This document shows positions 1-9,180 of a stretch of 12,514 nt of DNA, piece by piece. A program made the translations under genes and the position numbers. The notes beneath the pieces were generated by a model. It was not told the DNA's origin. It did not search any database and was given only the letters and a program-made list of their open reading frames with translations. Source of the DNA: Thermoplasmata archaeon (GTDB lineage Archaea > Thermoplasmatota > Thermoplasmata > GCA-020350865); NCBI GenBank assembly GCA_020348445.1, contig CP070751.1, forward strand, positions 1,314,055 through 1,326,568. The letters are read 5' to 3'. Numbering within the stretch: the first letter of the stretch is position 1; each line of letters begins with the position of its first letter.

Positions 1-718
1 GACAGTAAGAACCATGAAGCGCAGATTTAAAACCAAGATCCCCATCTCGACACTCAACAACTGGATCAAAAACTATGGAGACGAGCTCCCCGCAACAAAG
101 CTCAGAAAGAAGTACACCCTCGACCCCAACCAGACAATCAAAACAAGACGCCTCTTCCACCCCCAACCCTACCTATTCAAGGTCCACACCCTAAAGCTCA
201 ACATCAAAGGCAAGCAGTTCCCTGAACTCAAACAGTACATCAACGGCATGCTTAACAATCCAATGGACCATCTTTTCCAGTCAAAGAAGGTCCTACGGGT
301 ATCAGAATTAGCAAACACCATAAATCTTCCCAAGCCAAATGTAAGATTAGTAAAAAACAGTCCTGCATCAAGAATGACAGATCTAGCACTGGAACTTGCC
401 AAGACAAAATCAGAACGTCACCAAAAGGTAGAAGAATTCTTCCTGGTAAATGACTCAGCCACTGTAGCGGTTGAGGTTCCGGTCTACCTAACTGAAAAAG
501 AATCAGGATTCAAAAAGCCCCTCACAGGTCACATCGACTTGATCCAGGTAAGGGGGAATCGTATACACATTTTGGACTACAAGCCAGAGAAGGGAGGAAA
601 TGTGGAAAACCAGCTCTCACTCTATGCAAAATGTCTGAAAAAGAGAACAGGATTATCAAATATCACATGCGCGTATTTTGACGAGAATATGTATTTTCAG
701 TTCACACCATATTATTGA
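1..718 (+). CDS. HTH + PD-(D/E)XK (RecB-like) nuclease protein, copy 1; 5' end lies outside the window
   Basis: The window begins in-frame at (AT)G ACA GTA AGA ACC ATG, equal to MTVRTM in copies 2 and 3, so the true start is upstream. HTH helix ISTLNNWIKNY; nuclease motifs E-VPV...GHIDL...DYK...QLSLYA. Confidence 0.9.
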   Translation, partial: TVRTMKRRFKTKIPISTLNNWIKNYGDELPATKLRKKYTLDPNQTIKTRRLFHPQPYLFKVHTLKLNIKGKQFPELKQYINGMLNNPMDHLFQSKKVLRVSELANTINLPKPNVRLVKNSPASRMTDLALELAKTKSERHQKVEEFFLVNDSATVAVEVPVYLTEKESGFKKPLTGHIDLIQVRGNRIHILDYKPEKGGNVENQLSLYAKCLKKRTGLSNITCAYFDENMYFQFTPYY

Positions 719-1082
719 TGCTTTATTATACCACGTAGTGTAATACCAAAAGGTATAACTATCGACATATTCTTCAGAGAATGGGTTATTAAGATCACCA
801 ACCGTTGAACACGTCACTAAGTTTGAAGCAAACTTTTAATGTTTATCGTTAATAACATATTATTTTTTTCAATTTATATTTCATTCTTATTAATAATATA
901 TTGGAAAACCAACCCGCCAAAATACATACTTTTTACCTAGACAAGAGCAATACGATTCTCGCCATAATTAAATGAATTTATAACGATTATCATTGGCATA
1001 TACCTCAAAAAACCCATAAAACTGGTAAAGAAAAGCTTAAATTCGCCAAGAACGATATGTGAACAGGCCTATTTATCAGATA

Positions 1083-1088
1083 GGAGGG
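1083..1088 (+). promoter_or_regulatory. Ribosome-binding site of the large PKD protein
   Basis: GGAGGG ending 7 nt before the ATG at 1096. Confidence 0.6.
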
Positions 1089-1095
1089 AATATTA

Positions 1096-4000
1096 ATGAA
1101 AAAAGAGACAGGGAAATTATCGAATTTTATTATTGTCGGTATGCTTGTTCTGGGTTCGTTCTTGGCAATGGCCGGACCTTTGGCCACGATAACGGCCAGC
1201 GCGGACGCAGGAATAGATCAGGTCGTGGATGTCAATACCATTGTTAATTTTGATGGGTCAGGCTCCTTTGGTGTGGGTGACCTGGAATATACATGGTATT
1301 TTAGGGACGGAACAATAACCACAGTTGATTCCCCCTACATAGCACACACATATTCAGAGGAAGGAATTTATGAAGTCGGGTTGCTTGTCAAGGATTCCAA
1401 CGGTTACTATGACCTTGATACTGTTCAAATAACTGTGAAGAATTATTACCCAGTAGGAGACCCAGGTTTTGACAAGGTTGCAAATGAAGATCAAATTGTA
1501 AATTTCGATGCTTCTGCCTCGTCCGATCTCAACAACGATATCGTATCCTATGAATGGGACTTTGGGGACGGTACAAGTATGACAGGAATAAGCGCTTCAA
1601 ATGTATACGAAGATGAAGGCACCTACTACGCAAAACTCAAGGTGACAGACAACGATGGGGCTTACGATGAGGATTTAATACTTGTGACAGTAAATAATGT
1701 TGCACCTTCTGCAGATGGGAGAGGCAACAACGAGGTTGACGATGATGTAACGATCTATGAGGACGAACAAGTAACCTTCGATGCTTTTTTGAGCTCTGAC
1801 ACACCCTCCGATGTGCCACTTTTGAAATACTCATGGGATTTTGGGGACGGTTGCATGGGCTCTGGGATCACATCGGCGCACACCTACACAAAACAAGGGA
1901 TTTATATGGCTATTCTGAAGGTAACGGACGACAATGAGGCTTTTGCCATGGACACTATCATGATCAATGTGATCAATTCTCAACCAGTCGCTGATGCAGG
2001 TTTGGATCAAGCAGTCAACGAAGGATCATCCTGTTTCTTCGATGGAAGCGGCTCGTCAGATACTCAGTCTGATGAACCTCTGCTTCTTTACTCCTGGGAT
2101 TTTGAGAAGGACGGAGCATACGATGATACCGGCTGGTATTCAAAATATTCCTGGTGGGACAACGGTCCTATAGAGAATGCATTGAAAACAGAAGATGATG
2201 ATGGTGCTGCGCAGCAAGATAACAAAAAGATCACGGTAAATAATGTGGCGCCTTTACCGGGAATATTCAATTACAGCACATCTGAGATAACGATCGTGAA
2301 TTTCAGTTTGAGGGTAACAGGTGAGAAATATCATGATGTGCAGGCCACGCTTTATGAGGATTCGACGCAGATAGGCTACATGCAGGTGATAAGGGCCCCA
2401 GGAAACCCAAATGAGCAAATGGAATTCATCTACAATGTCGAAATACACTCTGAGAATACCTATGAGGCGAAGATCATCTACACTCCAGAAGATGACCCGA
2501 TCAACGGTCAGATAAAAGGCGCATCGCCCTGCTGGTTCAGTCTTTATCTTGAGGATGGGAACAAGTTCACGTTCTTCCGATCTTTCAATGTGAACAAGCC
2601 GGATGAATGGGAATGGACCATAGATTTGAGCAGTATCAGAAAGATGACATTCGATGCTGAGATATACGATCCAGGAATGGACATTGTGACCTTCGGCTGG
2701 GATTTTGGAGATTCGTCACCAATGGTGACTCGCTCATATTCGCCAGGCGGCGATCATCCCACAAAGGTATGTGATATGGTGATGCATGTCTATGTTCTTC
2801 CCAAGGTTTACACCGTTGTATTGAATTCATTTGATGATGACGGTGCCCACAGCATCTATGCTCTTATTCTGACCAATACACCTGACTCAGTAACATTGGA
2901 TAATCTTGCACCGAGAGCCCAGGCGTTCAGCAATAGAAGTACAGCTTTAGAAGATGAAGAGTTCGAGTTCTTAGGCTCAGGAATAGATCTTTTGAATGAT
3001 GGATTGACATATAGTTGGGATTTTGATGATGGCCATTCAGAAACAGGTCAGGTTGTTAACCATTCATATGATGATGAGGGAATTTATCTTGTGACATTGA
3101 CTGTAACAGATTCATTGGGCGCGCATGGAAAGGACTATATCTTCGTGAAGGTAACAAATGCACATCCTATTGCAGAGGCAGGTCAAAACCAGGTTGTGAG
3201 CGAGGATGATGTTGTCAAGTTCTGGGCATTTGATTCCTGGGATACGATTTCTGATTTACCTTTGCTGAGCTATGCCTGGGACTTTGGGGATGGAAGCAAA
3301 GGCTGTGGTATCACGACGGATCACATATACACGAAGAAAGGCGTGTACACAGTAACCTTGACTGTTCAGGACAACAACGGAGCTATGAGCAAAGATATCG
3401 TAAACATTACAGTAAATAATCCTGCTCCATACGGCATTTTGATGGTTGCAGAGCCAAACGCAAAAGAGGACGAGCTCATACACTTCAATGGCAGCGCTCA
3501 AGACACCGCATCTGATGAACCGCTGCTTGCTTTCAACTGGGACTTTGGTGATGGCAAAATAAGCTACGGAACTAATGTGACGCATTCGTATTCTTTGCCA
3601 GGCTTATATGAAGTGGAATTGACGATCACAGACGATGATCTAAGCTCGGCAAACAAAAGCATCTCAGTAATGGTGGTTAATGTGTATCCTACGGGTTTTG
3701 CAGGCGCAACTCATGTTGAGCTGTACGGACCTGCAATGACAGTTGAATTTGAAGGCAGAGGCTTTGATACGTTTTCAGATGGATCTTCCCTTAACTATTC
3801 ATGGAATCTGGGAGGAGGTGATTTTGAATATTCCCAAACCATAAACATGGATTTCACAGCCACAGGCATTTATGACGTGAGTTTTGAGGTTAAAGACGTT
3901 CATCTTGGATCCAGCTCTACGATAATGATAAGAATCGATTTTGTTCTGGATTCTGATGGAGACATGATGACAGACGAGGATGAGCAAGCCAAAGGCACTG

Positions 4001-6498
4001 ATCCATTTCTATGGGATTCAGATGGCGACGACCTAATAGATTACTGGGAGGTGTATTATTATTCTACAGATCCACAGCTTCCCGATACAGATAACGATGG
4101 AATGGATGACTGGGAGGAAATTACGTTTATCGGGTTCACAGATATCGATGAGGATGGAATATTCAATCCCTTGGATTGGGACAGCGACGGGGATTGGATC
4201 AGGGATGGTATGGATACCCACCCGATGTTGTACAACGATGTTGATGGCACTCCCATAACCAGGGATGCGATCTCCGTAAGCAATACTATCGGGTATGGTG
4301 TGAGTGTTATTATGTATGGTGGGTTCTCCTACGATAAACCAACTCTTTCAGATATCACACCCCCCGTTAAAATAGCAGGAGAAACCGGTATCTATGTAAG
4401 GGTGCAAACCATGGCATCACCACCATTCAATGCTCAAATAAGAATTAGGTACGATAAAAATGCAATTCCAGGAGGCATTGCCGAGGAAAGACTCAGGCTT
4501 TTCGAGTGGTCCTCCGTAGAGAACAAGTGGCTTATCGTTTCAAACTCAGGTGTTGATTTAACACACGGCTTTGTTTGGGCAAAAGTCTCATATTTCACGG
4601 ATTACGGGATTGGCGATATCGGTCTGGTGGATTCTGACGGCGACGGATTAAATAATTGGCAGGAGATCAACACAAAATACACTGCCAAATTTGTTGGAGG
4701 AGGGCTTTCACCGACCTACTATTCCGGTCCACTGTACGTAAAAAACCGCAGGATACAAATCCAAATTCCACCTCAAAATATATATGGAAATAAAGGGGCA
4801 GTGGACCTGTTCGGCCTTGGGTTTAAGAAGGCTGACTTTGCGATTGACGACACATGGAGGTTAACCAACGGAGGATATTTAGAGTATGCCAAGGTCTATG
4901 TTTCTGAGGTCTATAACGCAATCTCTGCAATAATGACTTTTCAATTCACTGGGAAGGATAAATATATGCGAATTGACGTCAGGGGTTTCACGGACCCCTT
5001 TAATCCAGATACGGATTCCGATGGATTTTTGGACGGTGACGAACTCAGTAAATATAAAACAAATCCAATCGATACAGACACCGATGACGATCGTATAAGG
5101 GATGGGAGCGACTTGGACCCATTAGTAGATTTGCATATTATAGTTCATATCAAGGAAATATTGGAAATAGACCGTATAGACACCTGGCCTTTCGGAATTC
5201 GCAATAATGGCGATTTCTATGCAAAGGTTAATATCTATGGTAAGTGGCATAAAAGTCCAGAATATGGGGGTATGGCTCATGGATATCCTAACTACTTCGC
5301 TTCTCAGGATATACCGGATAATGTCCAAAATATATACATAAAGATCGAGCTATGGGATGCTGACTGGCCCAGTGCAGACGACCAGGCGGACATAAGCCGT
5401 TCGGGGAAAACGCTGGATTTGACTTATGATGTGAGGACGGGAATGTGGAGTGGCGAGGACTCGCTAAATGATAGAAACGGTCTTGGACATGCGAGCGGAA
5501 CTGAAGATGGCAGCAACAATAAGAATGAGGGCGATGTAGACATATGGTTCGATATATATCAAAATGATTATGATAACGATGGATTAGCATATTGGAAGGA
5601 AGTGCACAGTCTTGGTACAAATCCAAAGTCCACGAATGGTGACTCAGATGGGGATGATATGGCGGATTGGTACGAAGTCAGATACGGGTTTAACAGATTG
5701 GACCCCTCTGACGCTCAGAGCGATTCCGATGGAGACCATCTTACTAATCTAAAGGAGTATCAGGTTGGAACAGATCCGAGATTCTTTGAAGTGAATCTCG
5801 TGGTATCTTTAGATTGGGACGCCTCTGAAAGTTATATGGACAAATATGTAAGTGGAATGAGAAAGGCATCAAATTTTCTATATGATGTAACTGATGGATA
5901 TCTATATTTCAGATGTGTATTCATATATGATAATGAGGAAAATTGGGATGAAGCAGATATTAGGGTTTACAACGGGACAGCTTGGAAAAATGATCAACCT
6001 CATTGGCCCCAAGCCAAAACAGGGGGATTTGACAAAGGAGGTTTTATCACCATGCCTCAATACTTAAATCCCTACGGATTTAATATCCGTTATGGTCCCA
6101 CCCGGAAAGAGTACTATAAAGCAATAGTTCATGAAAGCGGGCATTATATTATGCACAGTTATGATGAGTACTGTCGTTGGAGTGATACAGAATGGGGTTG
6201 GGTAAAGATTCCCTCATCGAGAAGACCTCATACTTTCATGAACGACGCGTTATTGTATTCAGAGGCCAGCACCCCGACAACCTATAAAAAGACAAAATAT
6301 CATATAACCGCACAATGGGAAGAAGCTGGGATGTCTACCTGGGAATCGTTTTTCTACAATTATACTAATAGGATATGGTTCGATCTAGATAAAAATGGTG
6401 TCGATGATACAATGTTTCTGAATTCATATACCACCGTCTCGGGACCAACCATAACTGTTGATGGAGGCTTTACGATCGTAAAAACATACAATACATAG
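1096..6498 (+). CDS. Secreted/cell-surface 1800-aa protein: signal peptide, ~9 PKD domains, ~11 bacterial TSP3-like Ca-binding repeats, C2-like beta domain, C-terminal CLCA-like zinc metalloprotease domain
   Basis: Basic then hydrophobic N-terminus (MKKETGKLSNFIIVGMLVLGSFLAMAG). Repeated PKD signatures (YxWDFGDG...HxYxxxGxYxVxLxVxD). DxDxDG...E...TDP repeats. C-terminal HESGHYIMHSYDEY motif preceded by ASNFLYDVTDGYLYFRCVFI. Confidence 0.9.
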   Translation: MKKETGKLSNFIIVGMLVLGSFLAMAGPLATITASADAGIDQVVDVNTIVNFDGSGSFGVGDLEYTWYFRDGTITTVDSPYIAHTYSEEGIYEVGLLVKDSNGYYDLDTVQITVKNYYPVGDPGFDKVANEDQIVNFDASASSDLNNDIVSYEWDFGDGTSMTGISASNVYEDEGTYYAKLKVTDNDGAYDEDLILVTVNNVAPSADGRGNNEVDDDVTIYEDEQVTFDAFLSSDTPSDVPLLKYSWDFGDGCMGSGITSAHTYTKQGIYMAILKVTDDNEAFAMDTIMINVINSQPVADAGLDQAVNEGSSCFFDGSGSSDTQSDEPLLLYSWDFEKDGAYDDTGWYSKYSWWDNGPIENALKTEDDDGAAQQDNKKITVNNVAPLPGIFNYSTSEITIVNFSLRVTGEKYHDVQATLYEDSTQIGYMQVIRAPGNPNEQMEFIYNVEIHSENTYEAKIIYTPEDDPINGQIKGASPCWFSLYLEDGNKFTFFRSFNVNKPDEWEWTIDLSSIRKMTFDAEIYDPGMDIVTFGWDFGDSSPMVTRSYSPGGDHPTKVCDMVMHVYVLPKVYTVVLNSFDDDGAHSIYALILTNTPDSVTLDNLAPRAQAFSNRSTALEDEEFEFLGSGIDLLNDGLTYSWDFDDGHSETGQVVNHSYDDEGIYLVTLTVTDSLGAHGKDYIFVKVTNAHPIAEAGQNQVVSEDDVVKFWAFDSWDTISDLPLLSYAWDFGDGSKGCGITTDHIYTKKGVYTVTLTVQDNNGAMSKDIVNITVNNPAPYGILMVAEPNAKEDELIHFNGSAQDTASDEPLLAFNWDFGDGKISYGTNVTHSYSLPGLYEVELTITDDDLSSANKSISVMVVNVYPTGFAGATHVELYGPAMTVEFEGRGFDTFSDGSSLNYSWNLGGGDFEYSQTINMDFTATGIYDVSFEVKDVHLGSSSTIMIRIDFVLDSDGDMMTDEDEQAKGTDPFLWDSDGDDLIDYWEVYYYSTDPQLPDTDNDGMDDWEEITFIGFTDIDEDGIFNPLDWDSDGDWIRDGMDTHPMLYNDVDGTPITRDAISVSNTIGYGVSVIMYGGFSYDKPTLSDITPPVKIAGETGIYVRVQTMASPPFNAQIRIRYDKNAIPGGIAEERLRLFEWSSVENKWLIVSNSGVDLTHGFVWAKVSYFTDYGIGDIGLVDSDGDGLNNWQEINTKYTAKFVGGGLSPTYYSGPLYVKNRRIQIQIPPQNIYGNKGAVDLFGLGFKKADFAIDDTWRLTNGGYLEYAKVYVSEVYNAISAIMTFQFTGKDKYMRIDVRGFTDPFNPDTDSDGFLDGDELSKYKTNPIDTDTDDDRIRDGSDLDPLVDLHIIVHIKEILEIDRIDTWPFGIRNNGDFYAKVNIYGKWHKSPEYGGMAHGYPNYFASQDIPDNVQNIYIKIELWDADWPSADDQADISRSGKTLDLTYDVRTGMWSGEDSLNDRNGLGHASGTEDGSNNKNEGDVDIWFDIYQNDYDNDGLAYWKEVHSLGTNPKSTNGDSDGDDMADWYEVRYGFNRLDPSDAQSDSDGDHLTNLKEYQVGTDPRFFEVNLVVSLDWDASESYMDKYVSGMRKASNFLYDVTDGYLYFRCVFIYDNEENWDEADIRVYNGTAWKNDQPHWPQAKTGGFDKGGFITMPQYLNPYGFNIRYGPTRKEYYKAIVHESGHYIMHSYDEYCRWSDTEWGWVKIPSSRRPHTFMNDALLYSEASTPTTYKKTKYHITAQWEEAGMSTWESFFYNYTNRIWFDLDKNGVDDTMFLNSYTTVSGPTITVDGGFTIVKTYNT

Positions 6499-6586
6499 AT
6501 ACAAATCTAATTAGTGTAAAACAATTATAATTTTATATACATTTCGTTCCTATAAATTAAATAATAATACATAAACCAAGACTTTC

Positions 6587-6707
6587 ATTTCACAAAGGGC
6601 TCCGCCCTTTTAATCCCGCTAAAAATTAGTAAACAAAAATATTTTTATATCTCATTCACAAAAGGCTACGCCCTTTTAATCCCCAAAAAAATTTAGTAAC
6701 CAAGAAT
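6587..6707 (+). repeat. Two tandem ~55-65 bp repeats, each with a mini-hairpin followed by TAATCCC
   Basis: AAAGGGC-TCC-GCCCTTT-TAATCCC (6594-6617) and AAAAGGC-TAC-GCCCTTT-TAATCCCC (6660-6684). Both are preceded by TTCAC and followed by an A-run then TTAGTAA. Periodicity 66 bp. A degenerate third start (TTTTCACGAAGGC) lies at 6721. Confidence 0.85.
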
Positions 6708-6746
6708 AGCTTTTCATATGTTTTCACGAAGGCCTCGCAGAGCCGC

Positions 6747-6919
6747 AAAAAACCGCCCCCATCACCCGAGGATCGTAACTCCCCCCTCAAAAACCGCCAC
6801 ACATACCCCCTCTGCGCACCCAAAACCGACCCCATCTCCCAAATCCCGCAAAAACCCCAAGATTCCCACCACACATACCTCCTCTGCAAGGCCCAGAAAC
6901 CCCCCAAATCGCGGGATTA
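6747..6919 (+). repeat. C/A-rich conserved non-coding block, copy A (internal ~72-bp duplication)
   Basis: 6861-6919 is 58/59 identical to 10527-10585. ACACATACC(C/T)CCTCTG occurs at 6799 and 6871. Confidence 0.9.
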
Positions 6920-6968
6920 GAGGGACGCAGCCAGCGCATCAAAATCGCACCAAGGATCATACCCCCTC

Positions 6969-7127
6969 ATCTCACGCAAATCGTATACGAAATACGAGTG
7001 ATAGATACCCGATCCCATTTACGAAACTCGTGAGATGCACGCCAAATCCTTTACGAAACGCGTGAGATACTTCGTATACGAAAACCGTGCGATATCTCAC
7101 GAAGATTGTATACGAAATTCGTGCGAT
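6969..7127 (+). promoter_or_regulatory. Array of 17-bp sites (consensus TACGAAANNCGWGNGAT); putative operator/iteron/end-binding sites of copy 2
   Basis: Direct units at 6986, 7020, 7052, 7077, 7111; inverted units at 6969-6985 and 7094-7110; palindromic cores TCGTATACGA. The repeats are seen directly; the binding-site function is inferred. Confidence 0.75.
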
Positions 7128-7160
7128 AGATTGAAATATCCACAATCCATCCACCAGCTA

Positions 7161-8177
7161 ATGGCAAAGAAAAAAACCCTAACCACCATGTTCGAGGATT
7201 TCAAATTCGAACCACCAGCATGCCCGCACTGCGATTCGAAAGAGAAAGTAGTCAAAAGCGGCACAAGATCCCTTAAAGAGGATACAGCGTAGGTTTTTCT
7301 ATGCAGAACCTGCAACAAGCGCTTTTCCGATCGTAAACTTCCAAAGACTTCATACCCACCCAAAGTCATTCTTACCGCGCTAACATATTACAACCAAGGA
7401 CACACTCTCGATATGACGGTACGCACCATGCGTAGAAAATACAAGACTAAAATCCCGATAACAACCCTCAGCAGTTGGATTTCACGTCATCAAGAAGAAC
7501 TCCCATTCACCAAGCTCAGAAAGAAGTACACCCTCGACCCCAACCAAACAATCAAGACAAGGCGCCTCTTCCACCCACAGCCATACCTCTTCCGGGTCCA
7601 CACACTCAAACTCAACATTAAAGGCAAACAGTTCCCGGAACTCAAGCGATACATAAACGATATGTTGAACAATCCAATGGACCACCTTTTCCAATCCAAG
7701 AAGGTTCTGCGGGTATCAGAATTAGGAAACACAATCAACATCCCCAAACCCAATATCCGATCTGTAAAAGACAGCCCCGCATCCAGGATGACGGATCTAG
7801 CATTGGAACTTGCTAAGACAAATTCAGAGAGGCATCAGAAGGTGGAGGAGTTCTTCCTGGTAAACGACTCGGCAACTGTTGCGGTGGAGATCCCCGTTTT
7901 CCTCACCCATAAAGAAGCAAGATCCCACGGAATCTCCATTCCTAAGACCCTTACAGGCCATATAGACATTCTCCAGGCAAGAAGTAACAGAATCCATATC
8001 CTAGATTACAAACCAGATGCTCAAAGCGAGAAACTGGCAAGGGAGCAACTCACACTATATGCAATCGCATTAGGTAAGAGAACCGGGATCGTTCCTTCGA
8101 AAATTATATGTGCATATTTCGATGAGAATGGATATTACCAATTCAAACCAGGGCATGTTTCCAAGGTTCATGGTTAA
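7161..8177 (+). pseudogene. Zn-ribbon + HTH + PD-(D/E)XK nuclease protein, copy 2, interrupted by an in-frame TAG at 7290-7292 (338 codons if read through)
   Basis: ATG 7161 gives MAKKKTLTTMFEDF...CPHC...DTA*VFLCRTC...LTYYNQGHTLDMTVRTM, colinear without frameshift with intact copy 3 and in frame with ORF 7413-8177. GHID/DYK/QLTLY motifs are retained. Confidence 0.85.
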
Positions 8178-8251
8178 TACCATTGATGTATAAAATATAC
8201 TTAGATAATTACGACAAAATTAAGTAAAACAGATTATAGGATGGATTGGAC

Positions 8252-8791
8252 ATGTCAAAAGTGTACGAATTTAAAGCGGCTTTTAAACGTCGAAAAGGAC
8301 TTTGGCGCCGAATCCAGATCAAAGATGATCAAACTCTCAAGGATTTCGACAGCATCATGCGTAAAGCATTTAATCATGATAAGGATGACCATCTGAGCGA
8401 ATTTTTCCCTGGAAGAGCATGGAGGTCAAAGGGATTTGGCGAGATAGATCCCACTGGAAAAGGTAAGGGCTCTAAATTGCGAATTAAAACACTTGGATTG
8501 AGCGAGGGGGACAAACTGGAATATGTCTATGATTTTGGAGATGACATCCAGCATATTATTACCTTTGAGAAGATGGTAGAACCCAAGAAGGGAACATCAT
8601 ATCCCCGCATTATTGCCAAGAACAAGCCAAAATATAATTACTGCGAAGCATGTAATAAACAGGGTAAAAAAACGAAAGCCACATGGGTATGTATTGAATG
8701 TACAAATGAGAGGGAAAAAGCTTTGTTTCTTTGTGATGATTGTTTGATAAAGGAGCATGAGGAACATTATGCAGACGAGCTGACATACTAA
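8252..8791 (+). CDS. pRiA4b ORF3-like family protein (also known as IS1096 passenger TnpR-like) with a C-terminal Cys/His zinc-finger-like tail
   Basis: Family-typical motifs WRRIQI...TLxDF...AF...DHLxEF...L...GDKLEYVYDFGDDIQHII; tail CxxC...CxxC...CxxC...H. ATG 8252 is preferred over TTG 8246. Confidence 0.8.
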   Translation: MSKVYEFKAAFKRRKGLWRRIQIKDDQTLKDFDSIMRKAFNHDKDDHLSEFFPGRAWRSKGFGEIDPTGKGKGSKLRIKTLGLSEGDKLEYVYDFGDDIQHIITFEKMVEPKKGTSYPRIIAKNKPKYNYCEACNKQGKKTKATWVCIECTNEREKALFLCDDCLIKEHEEHYADELTY

Positions 8792-8890
8792 AAATTCTTT
8801 ATGTTGTTAGTTTTATGACTACGCTATAATTAGTTATGGAAGAAAACATATGAAGGTAAAACTTCATGAATCCTGATAAAATTCAGAGAC

Positions 8891-8933
8891 GAAAGTTTAA
8901 ATAGGATGTATAGCATTTGTATTACATGGTGAT
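8891..8933 (+). promoter_or_regulatory. Archaeal-type promoter (BRE/TATA) and RBS of the TA operon
   Basis: GAAAG-TTTAAATA (8891-8903) about 35-40 nt upstream of ATG 8938; GGTGAT at 8928-8933. Confidence 0.6.
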
Positions 8934-8937
8934 ATAT

Positions 8938-9180
8938 ATGGCGAGTTCGCAGCTGAATGTAAGGACTTCTGCTACCCTAATCGAGGAATTAGATGCTTTG
9001 GTTAACCGCGGTTTTTTTAGAAACAGAACCGAGGCTGTAAACGAGGGTATAAGGCTTTTGATCCGCAGGTATAAGGCTATGAAGATTGCAGAGAAGATCG
9101 ATAAAATAGCCATGGGAAAGAAAAGCAAAAAAAGTCTCACAGAGGCCTTATTGGAGTTACGGGACGAGGAAGACGCATGA
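8938..9180 (+). CDS. vapB: Ribbon-helix-helix (CopG/Arc/MetJ-type) antitoxin, VapB-like
   Basis: QLNVRT...LIEELDALVNRGFFRNRTEAVNEGIRLL is an RHH pattern. Start follows the GGTGAT RBS. ATGA overlap with the downstream PIN gene. Confidence 0.8.
   Translation: MASSQLNVRTSATLIEELDALVNRGFFRNRTEAVNEGIRLLIRRYKAMKIAEKIDKIAMGKKSKKSLTEALLELRDEEDA

Noticed and set aside
1637-5626. Short antisense ORFs inside the 1800-aa gene and inside the nuclease/TA genes
   Set aside because: Shadow ORFs fully overlapping well-supported genes, with no recognisable motifs.
6587-6730. CRISPR array (hairpin repeats at ~66-bp period near a RecB/Cas4-like nuclease)
   Set aside because: Only 2-3 units per cluster, repeats vary in sequence, the 'spacers' resemble each other (AAAATTTAGTAAC.AAGAAT) and no cas1/cas2 is present.
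6656-6907. Minus-strand ORFs starting MGGFWALQR (6656-6907 and 10358-10573)
   Set aside because: TTG starts on a G/T-rich strand where stops are rare. The similarity comes from the DNA repeat, and the translations fall out of register because the repeat periods differ (72 versus 73 nt).
6718-7065. 115-aa + strand ORF and the 7035 upstream extension of copy 2
   Set aside because: Low-complexity P/T/K/N translation of the C/A-rich block and site array; no equivalent ORF in copy 3's leader. ATG 7161 aligns with copy 3's start.
7161-8177. Classical IS1 transposase with programmed -1 frameshift
   Set aside because: The InsA-like part continues in frame into a PD-(D/E)XK domain. No DDE triad, no InsB frame and no IS1-type terminal inverted repeats flank the gene.
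714-8188. ATTGATG shared just after the stops of copies 1 and 2 as an element end or TSD
   Set aside because: Only 7 bp, AT-rich and absent after copy 3; no conserved end or target-site duplication could be established.
8850-8867. Inverted repeat ATGAAG-GTAAAA-CTTCAT upstream of the TA promoter
   Set aside because: A 6-bp stem in AT-rich DNA could be an RHH operator or terminator but is compatible with chance.
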